Below, piece by piece: positions 44,866-57,669 of a DNA stretch of 64,000 nucleotides. The notes under the pieces were generated by a model. The model did no database searches. It was not told where the DNA came from and saw only the letters and a list, made by a program, of their open reading frames with translations. Positions within the stretch are counted from its first letter, which is position 1. Each line of letters begins with the position of its first letter. The stretch is from Trichodelitschia bisporula (lineage: Eukaryota), in assembly GCA_010356995.1 (NCBI GenBank), contig ML996688.1, positions 992,001-1,056,000 of the forward strand, in the 5' to 3' direction. A program made the translations under genes and the position numbers.

Positions 44866-46674
44866 TCACTCCTCCTTCTCCCCTTCTTTCTCTAATGTCT
44901 CAACCTCCAACTCCCTCCTCCTGATCAAAACCCTAACATCCCCAGCCGGCAACGCCACTCCCGCCGCCTCTACAGCGTCGGGAACCATAACAGCATCCCC
45001 ACCCACCCCCTCTAATTCATACAGCGCCAAAAACCCGGCCACAAACTCCAAGCCCAGCATCTCACCAACCTCCTCCTCCCCCATACTATACACGCCCGCT
45101 TCCCCCCTCACCCCCACAACGTACAACATGTGGTCCTCTTCCATCGGTACAAGAAAACGCTTCACCAACCACCGTCCTGGATCCGTCCACCAAGCGGGAT
45201 CAGAATTTACCAGTCCACACGGCACGTGTACGCTCTCGCCCTGCCCCAGCGCCCACTCGGACCCGGGACGCAACGCCGTCTCCCGGCGCGTCTGCACCGC
45301 GCTATCCCGCTTCAACTGCTTAACATGCCATCCCCGCCCATACACGCGCGTAGTCTCAGTCCACGCAGCCCTCAGCACGGCACACCAGCTCAACGCATCC
45401 GCATCAATGACTAAACGCGGGGGCGTCGCATAGCCCATGAGCTGCTCCGGTTGAGTCGCTTTCACAGCCTTGCGTATTTCCGCCCTGACCTTAGCAAGGA
45501 GCGGGGGCGAAGCGTGCAGATTAAGCAGGAGCCAGAATGCGAGTACGTGGCGTGCGTGGAAGGCTGTGAGCAGGGCAGCGGTGTCAGCGACACGCATCGA
45601 GGGGTGCGGGAGGAGGGCGTGGCGGGCGGCTAGCGTAGGGTTGAGGGCTTCGGCGTCAGTGAGGAGGTCTGCATGGAGGGTGTGCAGGTGGGAGAGGAGG
45701 GTGCGTCTGCTTGGGTTTGGGCGGAGGGCTGGATGGAGCGGGGTGGGTGGAAGCGCGGCGGTGAGCGTGGTGAGGAGGGGTGCTATGTCCGGCTGTTGCG
45801 CGAGGAGGGTGGGTGTGAGGAGGGTGTCGGTTACCAGGTGGGTCAGGAAGACGGTGAGCAAGGGGAACAGGCTGACTTCGGCCACGTTCCGGTCGTCGTC
45901 GAGCTCGATCCCGCTGAGCCGCTCCCAGGGCTCTTGGTCTATGAGCTGGGGGTTGAAGGTTAGTATGTCAGGGAGCCGCTCCTGCAGAGCGCGGGTTAGG
46001 GGTTTGGTAAGCGGGCCTAAGGTGGCGTGGGGGAAGAGCGTTTCGTCGAGGGCGGAGAGGGCGTCTTCGTACGCTGCCGCGTCGGCGGGACGGAGGCCGA
46101 AGGTTGAGACGAGGAACGAGGTGCGGGCCGCGTAATTCTCACCTCTGGGATCATCGGTGAGGAAGGCACCAGCGAGTGACGAGGAGGCGATGATGTGGTA
46201 TTTGCGCCGGATGAGCGTGAGAGTGAAGATTCCAGTGGGGAAGGCTTTTCTGGGGTATGTCAGTGTTTGGTAGAGAGGGAGCGAGGGAAGGAGGGAGCGA
46301 GGGAGGGAGTAAGGCGGGGCGAGAGGGAAGGAGTGAAGAGGGCGCGAGGGAAGGCGTCAGGGAGGGCGCGAGGTAAGGCGTGAGGGGAAGGGGGTAGGGA
46401 GAGAGGAAGGGTGGGGGAACGCCTACCGTGCGTCTTGAAGGACACGGACTGGATTGAGGAGGAACTGGGGATAGCTGCCCAGAAATGGAATCCAGTAGGG
46501 TACCCGCGGAGGAGGACGAGAGCTTCCTGTGCCTGGAGCGTCGGTTTGCAGGCCGGTGATGAGGCGGGTAAGAAGGGCGAGGGCGACGAGGGCGGCTGGG
46601 ATGAGGGGGAGGATGCTGGATAGTGTCCATGGATATGGATCGGACATTTGGTAAGTCGGTTTAGCCTGGGCCAT
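44866..46674 (-). CDS. Cytochrome P450-fold protein lacking the heme-ligand Cys motif. Exons 46674-46427 and 46249-44866
   Basis: N-terminal TM anchor, PPPRVPYWIPFLG hinge, AFWLL...PPLLAKVRAEI, ExxR (ETTR) and a PERF-like PGRWLVKRF. No FxxGxxxCxG follows. Confidence 0.75.
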
Positions 46675-47054
46675 AGTGGTGATTATCAACAGCGCCTGTC
46701 AGAAGCTTTCATGCGTGGATGAAGTGCGAATTACGGATGGGATTGCGATGGCGGGTAGCCTGGTGGCGATCTTTAAGGACCTGCGGTGTTTGTTGAGCTG
46801 ATATTGAAGGCAAACGCGGAGCTTTGAATGAACGAGCAATGATGAAAGAGCGGAAACGTCAAGACTCCATGCGCCAGATGTCGATACGAAAGAGTTGCTT
46901 GTGGAACACTTCGATGGAAATCGTGGACAGACGCGATGGCGCTGACATGAGGTCGAGTTCAATGTCTTGGCTCTTGTCAGCTGTGGTGATAGGATCACGA
47001 TCTTTCGCAAAAAATCGAGACTGCACAACCACTATTAGTCACAGATCCTACCCG

Positions 47055-47828
47055 ATGGCGCCGCGACACTTGAACTTCATCACTGGAAATGCTAACAAGC
47101 TTTCCGAAGCCAGGGCCATACTCGGCGATATGATAGAGTTGAGGACTCAAAATATCGATTTGCCGGAGCTGCAGGGTACAATCGAGGAGATATCCCTCGA
47201 CAAGTGCAGACGCGCGGCTGATACGGTAGGCTTAGTTTTAAAAAGTGTCCTAACACCTTTCTCACGGAGGTCGTAGGTTGGCGGTCCAGTCTTGGTGGAG
47301 GACACATGCTTGAGCTTCAACGCAATGGGCGAGCTTCCCGGACCGTACATGTATGACTTCACAATGGCCTCATTATGCACAAAGTACTTCTTGACGCGTT
47401 CTACAGAAAATGGTTCCTAAAGGCCCTCGGCCCAGACAACCTCCACAAGATGCTCGCTGGATTCGACGACAAGTCTGCCCAGGCGATTTGCACCTTTGCA
47501 TACTGCGAAGGCCCGGGTCATGAGCCCATCATCTTCCAAGGACGCACCGATGTAACCATTCTCATCACCGTAGCTTTGAGTTCAGGATGCTGATGACCCC
47601 GACAGGGCCAAATCGTCGCCTCCAGAGGCCCGACGGTTTTCGGTAAGTCGGCCTCATTTCCTGTGTCCAAAACCATGCAAGCTGACAGTCGTGACAGGCT
47701 GGGACTCATGCTTCGAGTATGAGGGCCAGACATATGCGGAAATGCCAAAAGAGGAGAAGAACAAGATTTCCCACCGCGGCAAAGCGCTCGAAAAGCTCAA
47801 GACCTGGCTGGTGGAGCACGCAGACTGA
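47055..47828 (+). CDS. HAM1: Inosine triphosphate pyrophosphatase (Ham1/ITPA). Exons 47055-47225, 47277-47350, 47407-47551, 47606-47642, 47698-47828
   Basis: [40 protein letters not shown] and ISHR, with four canonical introns. Confidence 0.95.
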
Positions 47829-47872
47829 GTGTTGTAGGAGAGCAGAAGCACGCGCCCGCTTCCTTCAGAACC

Positions 47873-48478
47873 TCAGTGTCCGAATTGTTTATCCTTCTTC
47901 CATAAGCGAACCCACGCCTCCATCCGCCCCACGTTCTCGTCCAGATCCTCTAGCTTGTTACTCTGTATTTCGACGATCTGCTGCTCGTCGTATGCACCCC
48001 GCGCTTCCTCCAGCAGCACCTGCATGATTTCCGCATCCATGTTCTCCTCCAGCTTCTTCTTGTTGTACTTGCGTGCCGCCAGACGGTCATATAGAATATC
48101 AGAGTCGCAGCGAATAACGACCACGAGGTCGATCCAGGACTTGGGGAAGAGGTCGCATGCGTGCCAGTCGAGGATGTACCCGCCCTCGGGCACTTCCTTC
48201 TCAAGGGCATCCAGAAGCTGGGAGTGAGAAAAGCATCAGTACAATCTGCCTCGTAAAGCGCAAGCTCAAGCCCAAAACAACTCAGTGCAGCGCACCTTGT
48301 CTTCATCCACAATCCAGCTGCCCAGCTCCTCATCGCGCCCGTCGTAGCACCCATTCTCCTCCGCAAACTTGTTGATCTGTATGTGCTTGAGCCCGGTGGC
48401 TTCGGCGACGGCCTCGGCGTGGCTCGTCTTGCCGACGCCCGGCGTGCCCGTGATGATAATGTTGGGATTCGTCCGCAT
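47873..48478 (-). CDS. FAP7: Adenylate kinase 6 / Fap7. Exons 48478-48296 and 48217-47873
   Basis: PNIIITGTPGVGKT P-loop, GGYILDWHACDLFP, LYDRL and ENMDAEIM. Confidence 0.95.
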
Positions 48479-51400
48479 TTTGAGGTTCGTAGCGACTTGT
48501 GAGGTTGTGGCGTTGGGTCGCGGTTTCGAGTCGCCGAACTTTTTTCTTGTAGAGGCGGACCCTCCCGCAGCCACAAAACTTGGCATAGCGAGACGTGACG
48601 TTGACGTTTGTTTTCGAGGCCGAACGCACCACAATGTAGTGAAGGCGAAGCTAAATTCGAGGACTCAAAAGTCTAAACTACCGAAGCTAAGGAGGTGAGA
48701 GGACTAAAAGGTACCCATCATTCAGCGACTGTGGAGTGAAAGGCCACTGTGCATCCGTATATATGCAGGGCTTGGCGGGCGGAGCGGAGCGGGGAGGAGC
48801 GGAACTTCAGCCTTGAATGTAACAGTCGACACGATGCCATTAGAGCATTATTTCTCAATTACATGCTTATCTGCCAGCTACTAGACAAAAAAAGCCGTAA
48901 GTGAAGGAGCCGATTATGGCGCACATTCAAATCCTTAAGTCGCAGCCAAAAACAGAAGAGAATGCCACTAATACCCCGCCAGGAGTACCCTAACAGTTCT
49001 CCACCGACTTACCACACAGCAGTTGCTTACCGCTCGATCAGGCAGCTAAGGCAAGACTAGCATACAAAGTACACGGAGACTGATAAGAGAACGGTATCGA
49101 AGCTGCGAGAATATAAGCCAGTGAAGAACCCACCTTCAAGATTCACCTGACCTTCACTGCTCCGACGATACGCACAGCCCCTCAAAAAGACATCATGATG
49201 TCACGATGTATCGAAGATCACGGAAATATCTCAATTGCGGAAAAAGCACATGGCAGGGAACTCAAGCATTGCCACGAGGGTGGTCCGGTGAGTAGCGACA
49301 AGGCCAGATCGAACACCGGGCGCTTATCTCTGCAAACACCCTCCACCGCGGGGCGCTACCTCCGCGCTCAGACGCGCCGCTTTCACGCCCCGCGGCAATG
49401 CGTGGCAGGGTGCCCCGCAGCGGGGAGCGAGCGAGCGAGAGGGGGAGGCGAGGGGCTAGCTGGGTGTGCGAGCTGGCTGGAGGGAAGAGGAAGCTCGTGC
49501 GGTTAGGGCTTTGTGGGGAGCTTGGACCTGGAGCGCAGTGGTGGTGACTTGAACATGTGGGTGGCTGGGGGTTTCGGAGGTTGATACGCGATTTTTCGGG
49601 ACTGGAGGAGTGTGAGCGAGGCTGGGGCATGTGGTAGCTTGGGAGTGGGAAATCTGGTTCCGTTGCTTGGGCCAGCCCTCCACTTCGTCGTCTGGCGGGC
49701 GATGACTCCTGCTATCAACAGGAGAGAGGCACAATTATGGTGCCCAACACGCAGCGGAATATCCTGTGAAGTGGCATAGGACGATAGTTCGATCTGGCAG
49801 CAAAAACACTCATCAGTTAGCTCGTGGAAAGCGTGGCATCGCGACCCCAAGCTAACGGTAGCACCCACGTTAAGAAACGGCTCCCAATCTACGAGCCAAT
49901 GAGGCTGACAATCCGGAAAGCGGTAGCGAGGCCGGGACGAGACGAAGTGCTCAAGATATTCTTGCACCCCACCCTGTCGAGAGACCGGGCACCAACATAA
50001 ATTACCGAAAGCTGGTCCCCAGTCCCACATCACCAATCGCATCACGCCGCTGATGCGTGATCGAGATACGCCGTCCGCTGAAGCGGTCACAATGGTTCCG
50101 CCAAGCGCGGGCGGGAATCCATCCTGGCGCTCGTGTCCCCACATCAGGTCGGGTGTCGGCCAACATGATGAGGTTCTTGCCCGAAGAGGCAAGTTGTGTG
50201 AGCCAGCGGTGCTGACAGACATTGTCTTAGCCTTGCGAGTGGGAACGATAGGCTGTAGAATCTCCAAGAGCGCTGACCAGCAGCAAGCAGCCTTACCACA
50301 CCACAGCTTCTGAGCAAAGCACCTCCCTGATGAAGGTATTGTCAGAGACCGTGTTGTGTAGTGGGGAAATCAAATAATGGAGGTGAACCGTGGCAGTCCG
50401 CGGCCACTGCCGCTTAGATTGCGGATTGCGGAGAAACTTCCTGGGCCTTAGAACGTGCCGGCGGGGTTAATCCACTCTCCCCTACCGCCCGAGGTTCATC
50501 AGACCTTCATTATCGTCATCGTAACCTACATGCCGAATATGTCCAAAGAGTCGAATAAATCCTGCATGGCCCCGCTTGGCCGTTGGCTGAAGCGCGAGGC
50601 GTGCAGGATGCAGGATGCAGACGGGGCGGCACATCGCAGAGCTGTCGGGACGCGCAGGAAGCGGCGCAGGAACGCCTTATCGACAGTTTGTTCAACGCCT
50701 GGAACGGCAAAGTATGCTTACTCGATTCGGCAGTATGGTTAAAGGTAAGATGCTGGGCTTTCGTTAGTAACGGAGAGACTTCTGCAGGAGGATGCAGTGG
50801 AACGTCAAGGGACGTAACGGCGAGGGTACTGTGTAGCGTAGGACGATCACTTCACTCCGCATTTGTTCGATTATGACTGGCCAGTAACGCTCGTATTCAG
50901 TGGAGATTGGTGCAGATTATTTCTCATGCAAATTCGGTTGAAGATCTGGCTAGAATCTGTCGTGCTTTCAACAGCGACACGGTGAGCGATGAACGGCAGG
51001 GTCGGCAGGCGGCGTTCTTCAGTACTGATTCCCAATGTTGGTTTCCATAATGGATACCTGCGTCACAGCATGCACTAGCGTCGCCTTAAGGCGGCCTGTA
51101 CAGCCTTTGACATACGTTGCTAGCAACAGTCAGCTCGCGCGAGATCGCTGCACCGTCAGCAACAAAGGAGCATGGGAAGGATTCCTCTTGGCCTGCAATA
51201 CCATTCCCACGACTCCGAGCTGTCGGGTTGTCGGGAGGAGCGGGAGATTGCGTGGAAACTCAGAGTTCTCGAGAGCGCGAAGGCAGCCGCCCAATCCGTA
51301 AATGCCAACGCATGGCCATTGCCGAAGGACGCAATTGCTGTGCCGCTTTGGAGAGGCCGGAAAACTTATCATCAGCTCTTGCCCGTTTAATGGGGTCGAA

Positions 51401-54296
51401 AAGGTGAGGTAAATAATCGATACGGTGTGGCATAGTAGAGACGACATGGATCGCGGCTATAAAAGCTAGCGGTTATACGTACGACTTGCAAAAGAACAGC
51501 TCGACCGTCCCCGAAGCCTGGCAATAGCGAACATATCATAAGTTGAGCATTCAGCATCGTCGTTTGCCATCCATATCGCCTCCGCTTAACGAGTGGATAC
51601 CGTCCAAGATGGCAATGGGCATCCCATCTGCGAAGTCCTCCAGAGAAAGCATACGATGCGGGTGGCTGTGAGTAGCAAGAAGGCAACCATCAGCCGAAGA
51701 GGCGTCAACAAAACGGGCAGGCCGTTAAGATCGCCATAGTTGCGCCCTCTGGGTGCCCCATGTAGACTTTGACTTCGGAAGTGGTCCGGTCCAGAGCGAA
51801 GCCCTAAAAGGCGACCCCACGGGTACCTCGTTATTTTGGAGCGGCGAATCCTCTTACGCCCCACATGCCATCGGTACCAAAGTACGGCCAAATCACGTTG
51901 TCAGATGATGCTGGACGAGGAACGCGTGATACACAATGCGACAGACGGCTCCAGACACAAAGAGCTGCTAATGCCTAGATCACGGCCTGGACGTCGTAGG
52001 TAGACATGAACACGAAGTCCACGTGCTGCGCAACGCAGATCAAGTACTATCTACGTTGCCACCGGGCACAATAGACTTCGGAGTGTACAGCCGAACTAGT
52101 GCTGGTACGACACTCGATGGTGAAGAGTGACGGAACAATATGTCGCGTGGCTTGCCTCTTTGCGGCTTTAGAGAATGGAAGCATGGTCGAAAGTACAACT
52201 TCGGAAAGTGATTGGCCATGCGAGGTTGCGGGGAGAGTGGACGCTGCGGCCGTTGCTTATATTATACTTGATACGTTGCGGGGGTGAGCAGGTCTGGAGG
52301 CGGCCTCTGCCGCTGAGGATGTGCCGCCGCAGAGTGTGGATTGCGATCTGTGCCCAGGAAGCTGAGGCCAAAGGAGAAGAGCGCGGTCGCCATGCACGAA
52401 TCCAAAGCGTCGGTGGTTGATGAAGCAACATGATACATCCAAGCAGTACGAGGGTCGTCTCATCTGCTGGTACGGGATGTTAGCTGGCATCTGCCACGCG
52501 GGGGATAGCCGAAAGATGGCACACGACTCGCGGTAAACTCAAGAATGTGGGGCTCTCCTCTCTTCCCAAGCATGTGGCTCGGAGATTAACGATTTGTCCA
52601 TGTCAAAAGCGGGGGAAGAGAACGAGGATGAGGATATTGAGAAGAGATCCAATGGGAAGTGAAATGGACATGGTTGGAGGCTGGGGCTGGAAAGAGTTTA
52701 GGCAGAGCTTCGGTCCGCACACTCTACGGTCCGAGAATGGCCGCGAGGGAAGGGAACGGACCGCATTTGCACAACTTCTCCGCACTTTCTCCAGTTCGCC
52801 GTTTCTCTCCACATCTGCTTCATCAATCGCACATGCGTCATCCTCGCTATTTCGCCTCCACGCCCACTCGTTGGACATTACTACGTACCTACATTACTGT
52901 GTATGCAAGCCCCAAGGCAACGTTCGACAGGGTTGGACGCCGAATATGCGCCTCGATGCAAACTTCCGTTCGCTTCTCTCACCCTCCTCGCCCTTGCTCT
53001 GTTTTCGTCCCAAGCTGGCCTCTCTCTCCCTCCACGGCACCTGGCACGGCTTCGGCAGCCTCAAGCCGCCCATACCGCCCTCATGAGCCGTTACTGCACT
53101 ACATGCATTGTTGCAGAGACGTACAGCTCGGACATTCGACAGCCTTTCTCGAATCCTCATCCCCATGCAAAACGTCGTGGCGCCACGAAGTCATGGAATA
53201 GAGTGCCAGTCGAGCATGGAGAGCAACGATCGCCCTCTTGTCCCCAGACTTTGACTCGTCGTCTTCAGTTCTCTTATGTCTCATTTCGTTCATTCCCCTA
53301 CGCGTCAACATCCTCCTTGGGTGTTGCAAGGAAGTCTCGCGAATCCTCTGGCTTGGTAGCCATGGTTCAGTACTGCGGTACTGGTATAAGGTTACTCTCT
53401 TTGACTCCCAGCCTCTCTCCCTCACGTGCAGACCTACGAGAGTAGAAACCAAAACCCGTACGACCAGATAGAATGTCGAATCCCCCCATAGCTGACCAGG
53501 GCTCTGTCCCGAGGCAGGCTGGCAAAGCAGTCTTGATGCTCACACGCGCCACCACGCGACTTTATTGCTTGGGCAATCTATCAGAGTGAGCAGTAATCTG
53601 GGCCTTGATGCGTATTCCCTGCACATTCCAATATCGCCCGGACACAACACCTGTCTCTACTCGCTCCTGTGCTTCGCTGCAAAGCAGCTTCCTTGCGCTC
53701 ACTTCCCCTTCCTCCTAACCATTTTCAAGCTGGCATATCCCGACTAACAAACCTTCCTGCCACTCCCCAAGCTCCGCTGCCCAGTGGGACAGACCCTGCT
53801 GTGGTAGGATAAATCGTGTGTTTTCTATCTATATACAAAGTCCATACTCTACCTTGCCTTCTTCACACCCTTTCCATCTACATCAGTTAGCCTTTCCCTT
53901 GGCGAGCTGGCAGTCCCCCGAGAAAGGTGCCTCATCGTCTCACTCGACAGCCCTCCCCGCAACCCAACCCTTGTACTTTGCCTTCCCCATATTTCAGCCT
54001 ACTTGGGTGCCCAACAGCGCGGCTGGGTACTATATTGCATGCCGTCGGCAGCAAAGGCCTGGAGCACAGTCCTTTTGGCCCTTGGATCTTCGCCGCGTCG
54101 GCACCAGTCCTCTTGAATCCATCTTGCATCCCGGGGACCTTTGGGCACACGTCACAGTGGGCCTTAGTTGCCCTCCTGCCTCCCATTTTAATTGACAGTC
54201 AATGCCTCGCTCCGCTTACTTCTTTACTACGTACGAGCCCTCCCCGCTGCCGAACCGAGATTTTCTTTCCTTTTCGAACTCGCAAACAACAAGAAG

Positions 54297-54448
54297 GTGA
54301 GCTTCACTTTTTCTTCGCTTTATTAGATCTTCTTCGCGTTGGTTCTGGACGTGAGGTTATGGGATGCTGTTTTTTGGTCGGCTAGAATACTTGTCCACAT
54401 TTTTCGATCCACTTTGATCTCGTCACCACCACTAATCGCACTTCTCAG
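54297..54448 (+). other. Probable 5'-UTR intron of the CRIB-motif gene
   Basis: GTGAGC donor, CTAAT branch site (~54432) and TCTCAG acceptor. An in-frame stop lies between it and the ATG at 54598. Confidence 0.55.
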
Positions 54449-54597
54449 GCCGATCCTTCCATACGTCCATAGTCCACCCCGCTGTTTTGGTCGCGACCTA
54501 TAGCAACTGAAGCGAATGGTATCGCCGTCTTGAGGATAACGCGTAAATCTCGCGTCGAAGTCCCACGGCCGGGCGCAAGGCTGGCCGACCCGGCAAG

Positions 54598-57500
54598 ATG
54601 TTCCTCGACGACATCATGGCTTCTAAATGGAACCCAAACCTCCACCCCGCAACGGCGGCGCGGCAGCCCAGGTCCCCGCTTCGGCTGCCTCCGCAAGCCG
54701 ACATGCCGCGCCCAAGGGATGTATCTGCGTCATCGACGGAGCATAAGCGGAACTCCCGATTTGGAATGCGCCCAAAAAGCTCACAGGATGGTTATCGCTC
54801 TCGTACCCCTAGTGTTCCGCCAGCGGGAAGCAGTTCGCGCCGCTCGTCCATTGCGGAGGCTCCCGTGCAATCTATGCCTCCTGTTGAGCCAGAGGGTTTC
54901 CGAAGTTTGTTGCGGTTCCGTCGTAGTAAGAAGGGAAAGAGCTCGGGAAGCAATTTGCGCTCGTCGTCACCGGTGGGCGTTCGGGACGGCCAGCGTGCTG
55001 TGAGTGGGAAAGAACAGAGGCACGACGCGCATATGCGTACACCATCCCACGAAGACCGGGAGTTGATGGATATTTCGGCTCCCTACGGCTTCCAACATGT
55101 TGCGAAAATCGAGAAGGAACTGCGCCGACAACCACCGCCGCCTCCACCGCCCCCCGAACTGCCCGTTAACCAGGCGGATATCTTTGCGGAGTTTCATGCG
55201 TTCAAGCGAGGAAACCGCCGCGCTGGCCCTCCACCGTCCGACAATGCGCAGCCCCTGCAGTCCAAGAAACGGCCCCCACCACTGCGCCCAAAGAGATCGG
55301 ATGAGATGTTAGAAAACGATCTCCTTTCCCCTCCTCTCGCCTCGGTACCGTTATTGAGGAGCACTCGGTCAGCCGAAGTCGTCACGAATGCTAGGGCCAG
55401 GGCTCGGTCGGGAATACCTCTTCTACAGTCTACTCCCACTCCACCGCGGCGCTCCTCCCGCCGGCCTGTACCTCTGGAGCCCTTTTCGAATAACCCCTCC
55501 ATAGCTCAGCAGCTTCCGCGCGTGGCCGCTCAAAACGTGGTTGGAAATGAACTCACACTATCGGGTGAGTGGGATCACTTGCTTCCGCTCTACGATTCCC
55601 AATCTCCCCCGTTCAATCCAGCCAACTTGGGAACAGCTTCAAATACGCGCGGGGTCCAAGCACCCGAGAGCGCACCTTTGCCTCCAACTGCTCCCATCTT
55701 CAGTCCGCCGCTGGAGCAGGTACCGGAGGAGCCGGAGGGCACGCTTTCGCATCGCCAAAGCGCAGAGTATACATCACCGTCCATCCGGCACGCGAAGTCT
55801 ACGCCACTGTTGTCAAGATCTGGATCCAAAGTCAAAGGCCCACCGGCTCTGGCCGTCCAGCCGCCTCCTCTCCCCTCGCCAAGAACTGAACGACCCCTTT
55901 CTCAGGGTTCCGACACCCTGGGCGATCCGAACCGACGACCATTGAGTGCAAATTCCTTCGAGACTACCTTGATGGCGTACATTCCGATGAGCAGGCACCA
56001 GCACTCGAAATCCAGAGACACTGCGATTTCTTGGGAAGAGGATATCGATTACTGCTATGAAAATGCCGCCGAGGCGACCTGCGAGTTTGACTGGAGCAAT
56101 ATTTCTCACCTGGACGATGCAGATTCGGACGGCGACTTGTACAGCGCGGATGATATAGTACATGCGGTCAAGTCAGTCAAGGATAAGGATTCAAGGCGCA
56201 GACAGCAGAGCAACTCGTTGATCAGCACGTCCGGAAGTGAGGGCAGCGGCGCTCGCAGGCTCTCCGATCGCAAGAACTGTATTCCGGAACTCGACTACCG
56301 TTCCACCCATTCCGCGTCAACGAATAGTGTCGGAGCACTTACACCTCTGGACAAGTTCACGTTTCCTTCCAATGACATCTTGAGACCGTTGGGACCGACT
56401 CAAGCGAAGAAAGATGCAAACAGGAGTATAACTTCACCACAGCTGCTGCCTCTTGAACTGAAATTGGACCTCAATGCGGATCAGCTTTACGAAGAGCTGC
56501 TTGCAAAGCGATTTTCTGATGACCGGCCTCACCAGCTGTCGAACGACCGATTCGAGGCCCCCAGCAGGCCATCTCCCAAACTCGACATGCGGAGGTCAAT
56601 CGAAAATGCACGCCTCAGCCTCAGCAGAACGAAGACGAATGATAGCATGACCAGCCGGCCTCTGCCGCCTACTTCGGCTCCAGCCCCAACAACTCCGCCG
56701 TCTAGTTCGCGCGCTTTGGAGTCGCCTACATCGAGCCTCAAGACTCCCACGCCGTCAACTGGTCACCGATCCGACCTCTCAGTCAATACGATCATCACTC
56801 AACTGCGCAGCTCGACCATGCTCGACTCCCCTCCAACTGCGTTCCCTCCATCACCCTCCTTACCGCCTCCACCGCCGCCGCCGCCTAAATCGCCGCTTCC
56901 CCGCCATCCCATCGCGGGCCGTCCCCCACCACCACCAACCACCTCCCTCCCGCCCATCCCCTCCCTCCTCCCAGCCAAGGCCGCAGCCGGGAACCCTCCT
57001 ACCTCCCCTCGCGCCCCTCGTACCCCCAAAACCCCGAGCTCTCTCTCTCGCGGCCCGCGCACTCAACCCCCCTCGCGCTTCCCCGGCAACGAAGTCAAGC
57101 TGCACAGCTTGCCCTTCTCGCTCGACATCGACCACGACGACGATTTCAAGCCGCCGACGCCGCCAAAGACACCCGCGCAAATCTCCGCCTCCATCCCGCT
57201 GGCCTCTCTCCCCACACTCCCGGCAACACGGTATACACCCCCAAGCGCATCTGTCCCGCCCGCCCCGCCGGCCAACTCCCTCCCTCCACCGCCCCGCCTC
57301 GCTCCCCCGTCCCGCCCCGCCCACGCCGCCCACTCTCCCAGCGCAAGCTTCAGCTTCAGCCCTGCCACACGGCTAGCAGAGAGTCTGGGCGCACCCGCGC
57401 CCCGCCGGAAGGTCGTGTCCGAAGGTCACGACCGGCGTTTCGGGATCAAGGTCGACCAGGCTGTGGCTGGTGCCGCGCGTGGGACGACGACTCCGCCGGC

Positions 57501-57669
57501 AAGCCCGAGGGCGAAGGGGCCGCGGACGAGTTATACGCTTTTTCCGCCGGCGGCGCCGCCGGCGAAGCAGCGCGGGGGCATGGTACTCGGGGCGCCGATT
57601 ATGGGGTTGCCGTTGCCGCCGCCTCCGCCGCCGCCGCCAAAGGCTGCGGGACGGACGAGGTTTGCTTAG
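54598..57669 (+). CDS. Pro/Ser-rich protein, 1023 aa, with a CRIB-like motif (putative Cdc42/Rac effector)
   Basis: DISAPYGFQHV resembles the CRIB consensus ISxPxxFxH (second His absent). SWEEDIDYCYENAAEATCEFDW island and many polyproline runs. Confidence 0.75.
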   Translation: MFLDDIMASKWNPNLHPATAARQPRSPLRLPPQADMPRPRDVSASSTEHKRNSRFGMRPKSSQDGYRSRTPSVPPAGSSSRRSSIAEAPVQSMPPVEPEGFRSLLRFRRSKKGKSSGSNLRSSSPVGVRDGQRAVSGKEQRHDAHMRTPSHEDRELMDISAPYGFQHVAKIEKELRRQPPPPPPPPELPVNQADIFAEFHAFKRGNRRAGPPPSDNAQPLQSKKRPPPLRPKRSDEMLENDLLSPPLASVPLLRSTRSAEVVTNARARARSGIPLLQSTPTPPRRSSRRPVPLEPFSNNPSIAQQLPRVAAQNVVGNELTLSGEWDHLLPLYDSQSPPFNPANLGTASNTRGVQAPESAPLPPTAPIFSPPLEQVPEEPEGTLSHRQSAEYTSPSIRHAKSTPLLSRSGSKVKGPPALAVQPPPLPSPRTERPLSQGSDTLGDPNRRPLSANSFETTLMAYIPMSRHQHSKSRDTAISWEEDIDYCYENAAEATCEFDWSNISHLDDADSDGDLYSADDIVHAVKSVKDKDSRRRQQSNSLISTSGSEGSGARRLSDRKNCIPELDYRSTHSASTNSVGALTPLDKFTFPSNDILRPLGPTQAKKDANRSITSPQLLPLELKLDLNADQLYEELLAKRFSDDRPHQLSNDRFEAPSRPSPKLDMRRSIENARLSLSRTKTNDSMTSRPLPPTSAPAPTTPPSSSRALESPTSSLKTPTPSTGHRSDLSVNTIITQLRSSTMLDSPPTAFPPSPSLPPPPPPPPKSPLPRHPIAGRPPPPPTTSLPPIPSLLPAKAAAGNPPTSPRAPRTPKTPSSLSRGPRTQPPSRFPGNEVKLHSLPFSLDIDHDDDFKPPTPPKTPAQISASIPLASLPTLPATRYTPPSASVPPAPPANSLPPPPRLAPPSRPAHAAHSPSASFSFSPATRLAESLGAPAPRRKVVSEGHDRRFGIKVDQAVAGAARGTTTPPASPRAKGPRTSYTLFPPAAPPAKQRGGMVLGAPIMGLPLPPPPPPPPKAAGRTRFA

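Noticed and set aside
26199..46674. Secondary-metabolite cluster (TF, cupin, P450)
   Set aside because: No PKS, NRPS or terpene synthase backbone gene; genes are interspersed with unrelated loci and the P450 lacks its Cys.
48479..48634. N-terminal extension of FAP7 from upstream TTG/ATG
   Set aside because: The family normally starts just before the P-loop, and the extension overlaps the RRPE-like promoter element.
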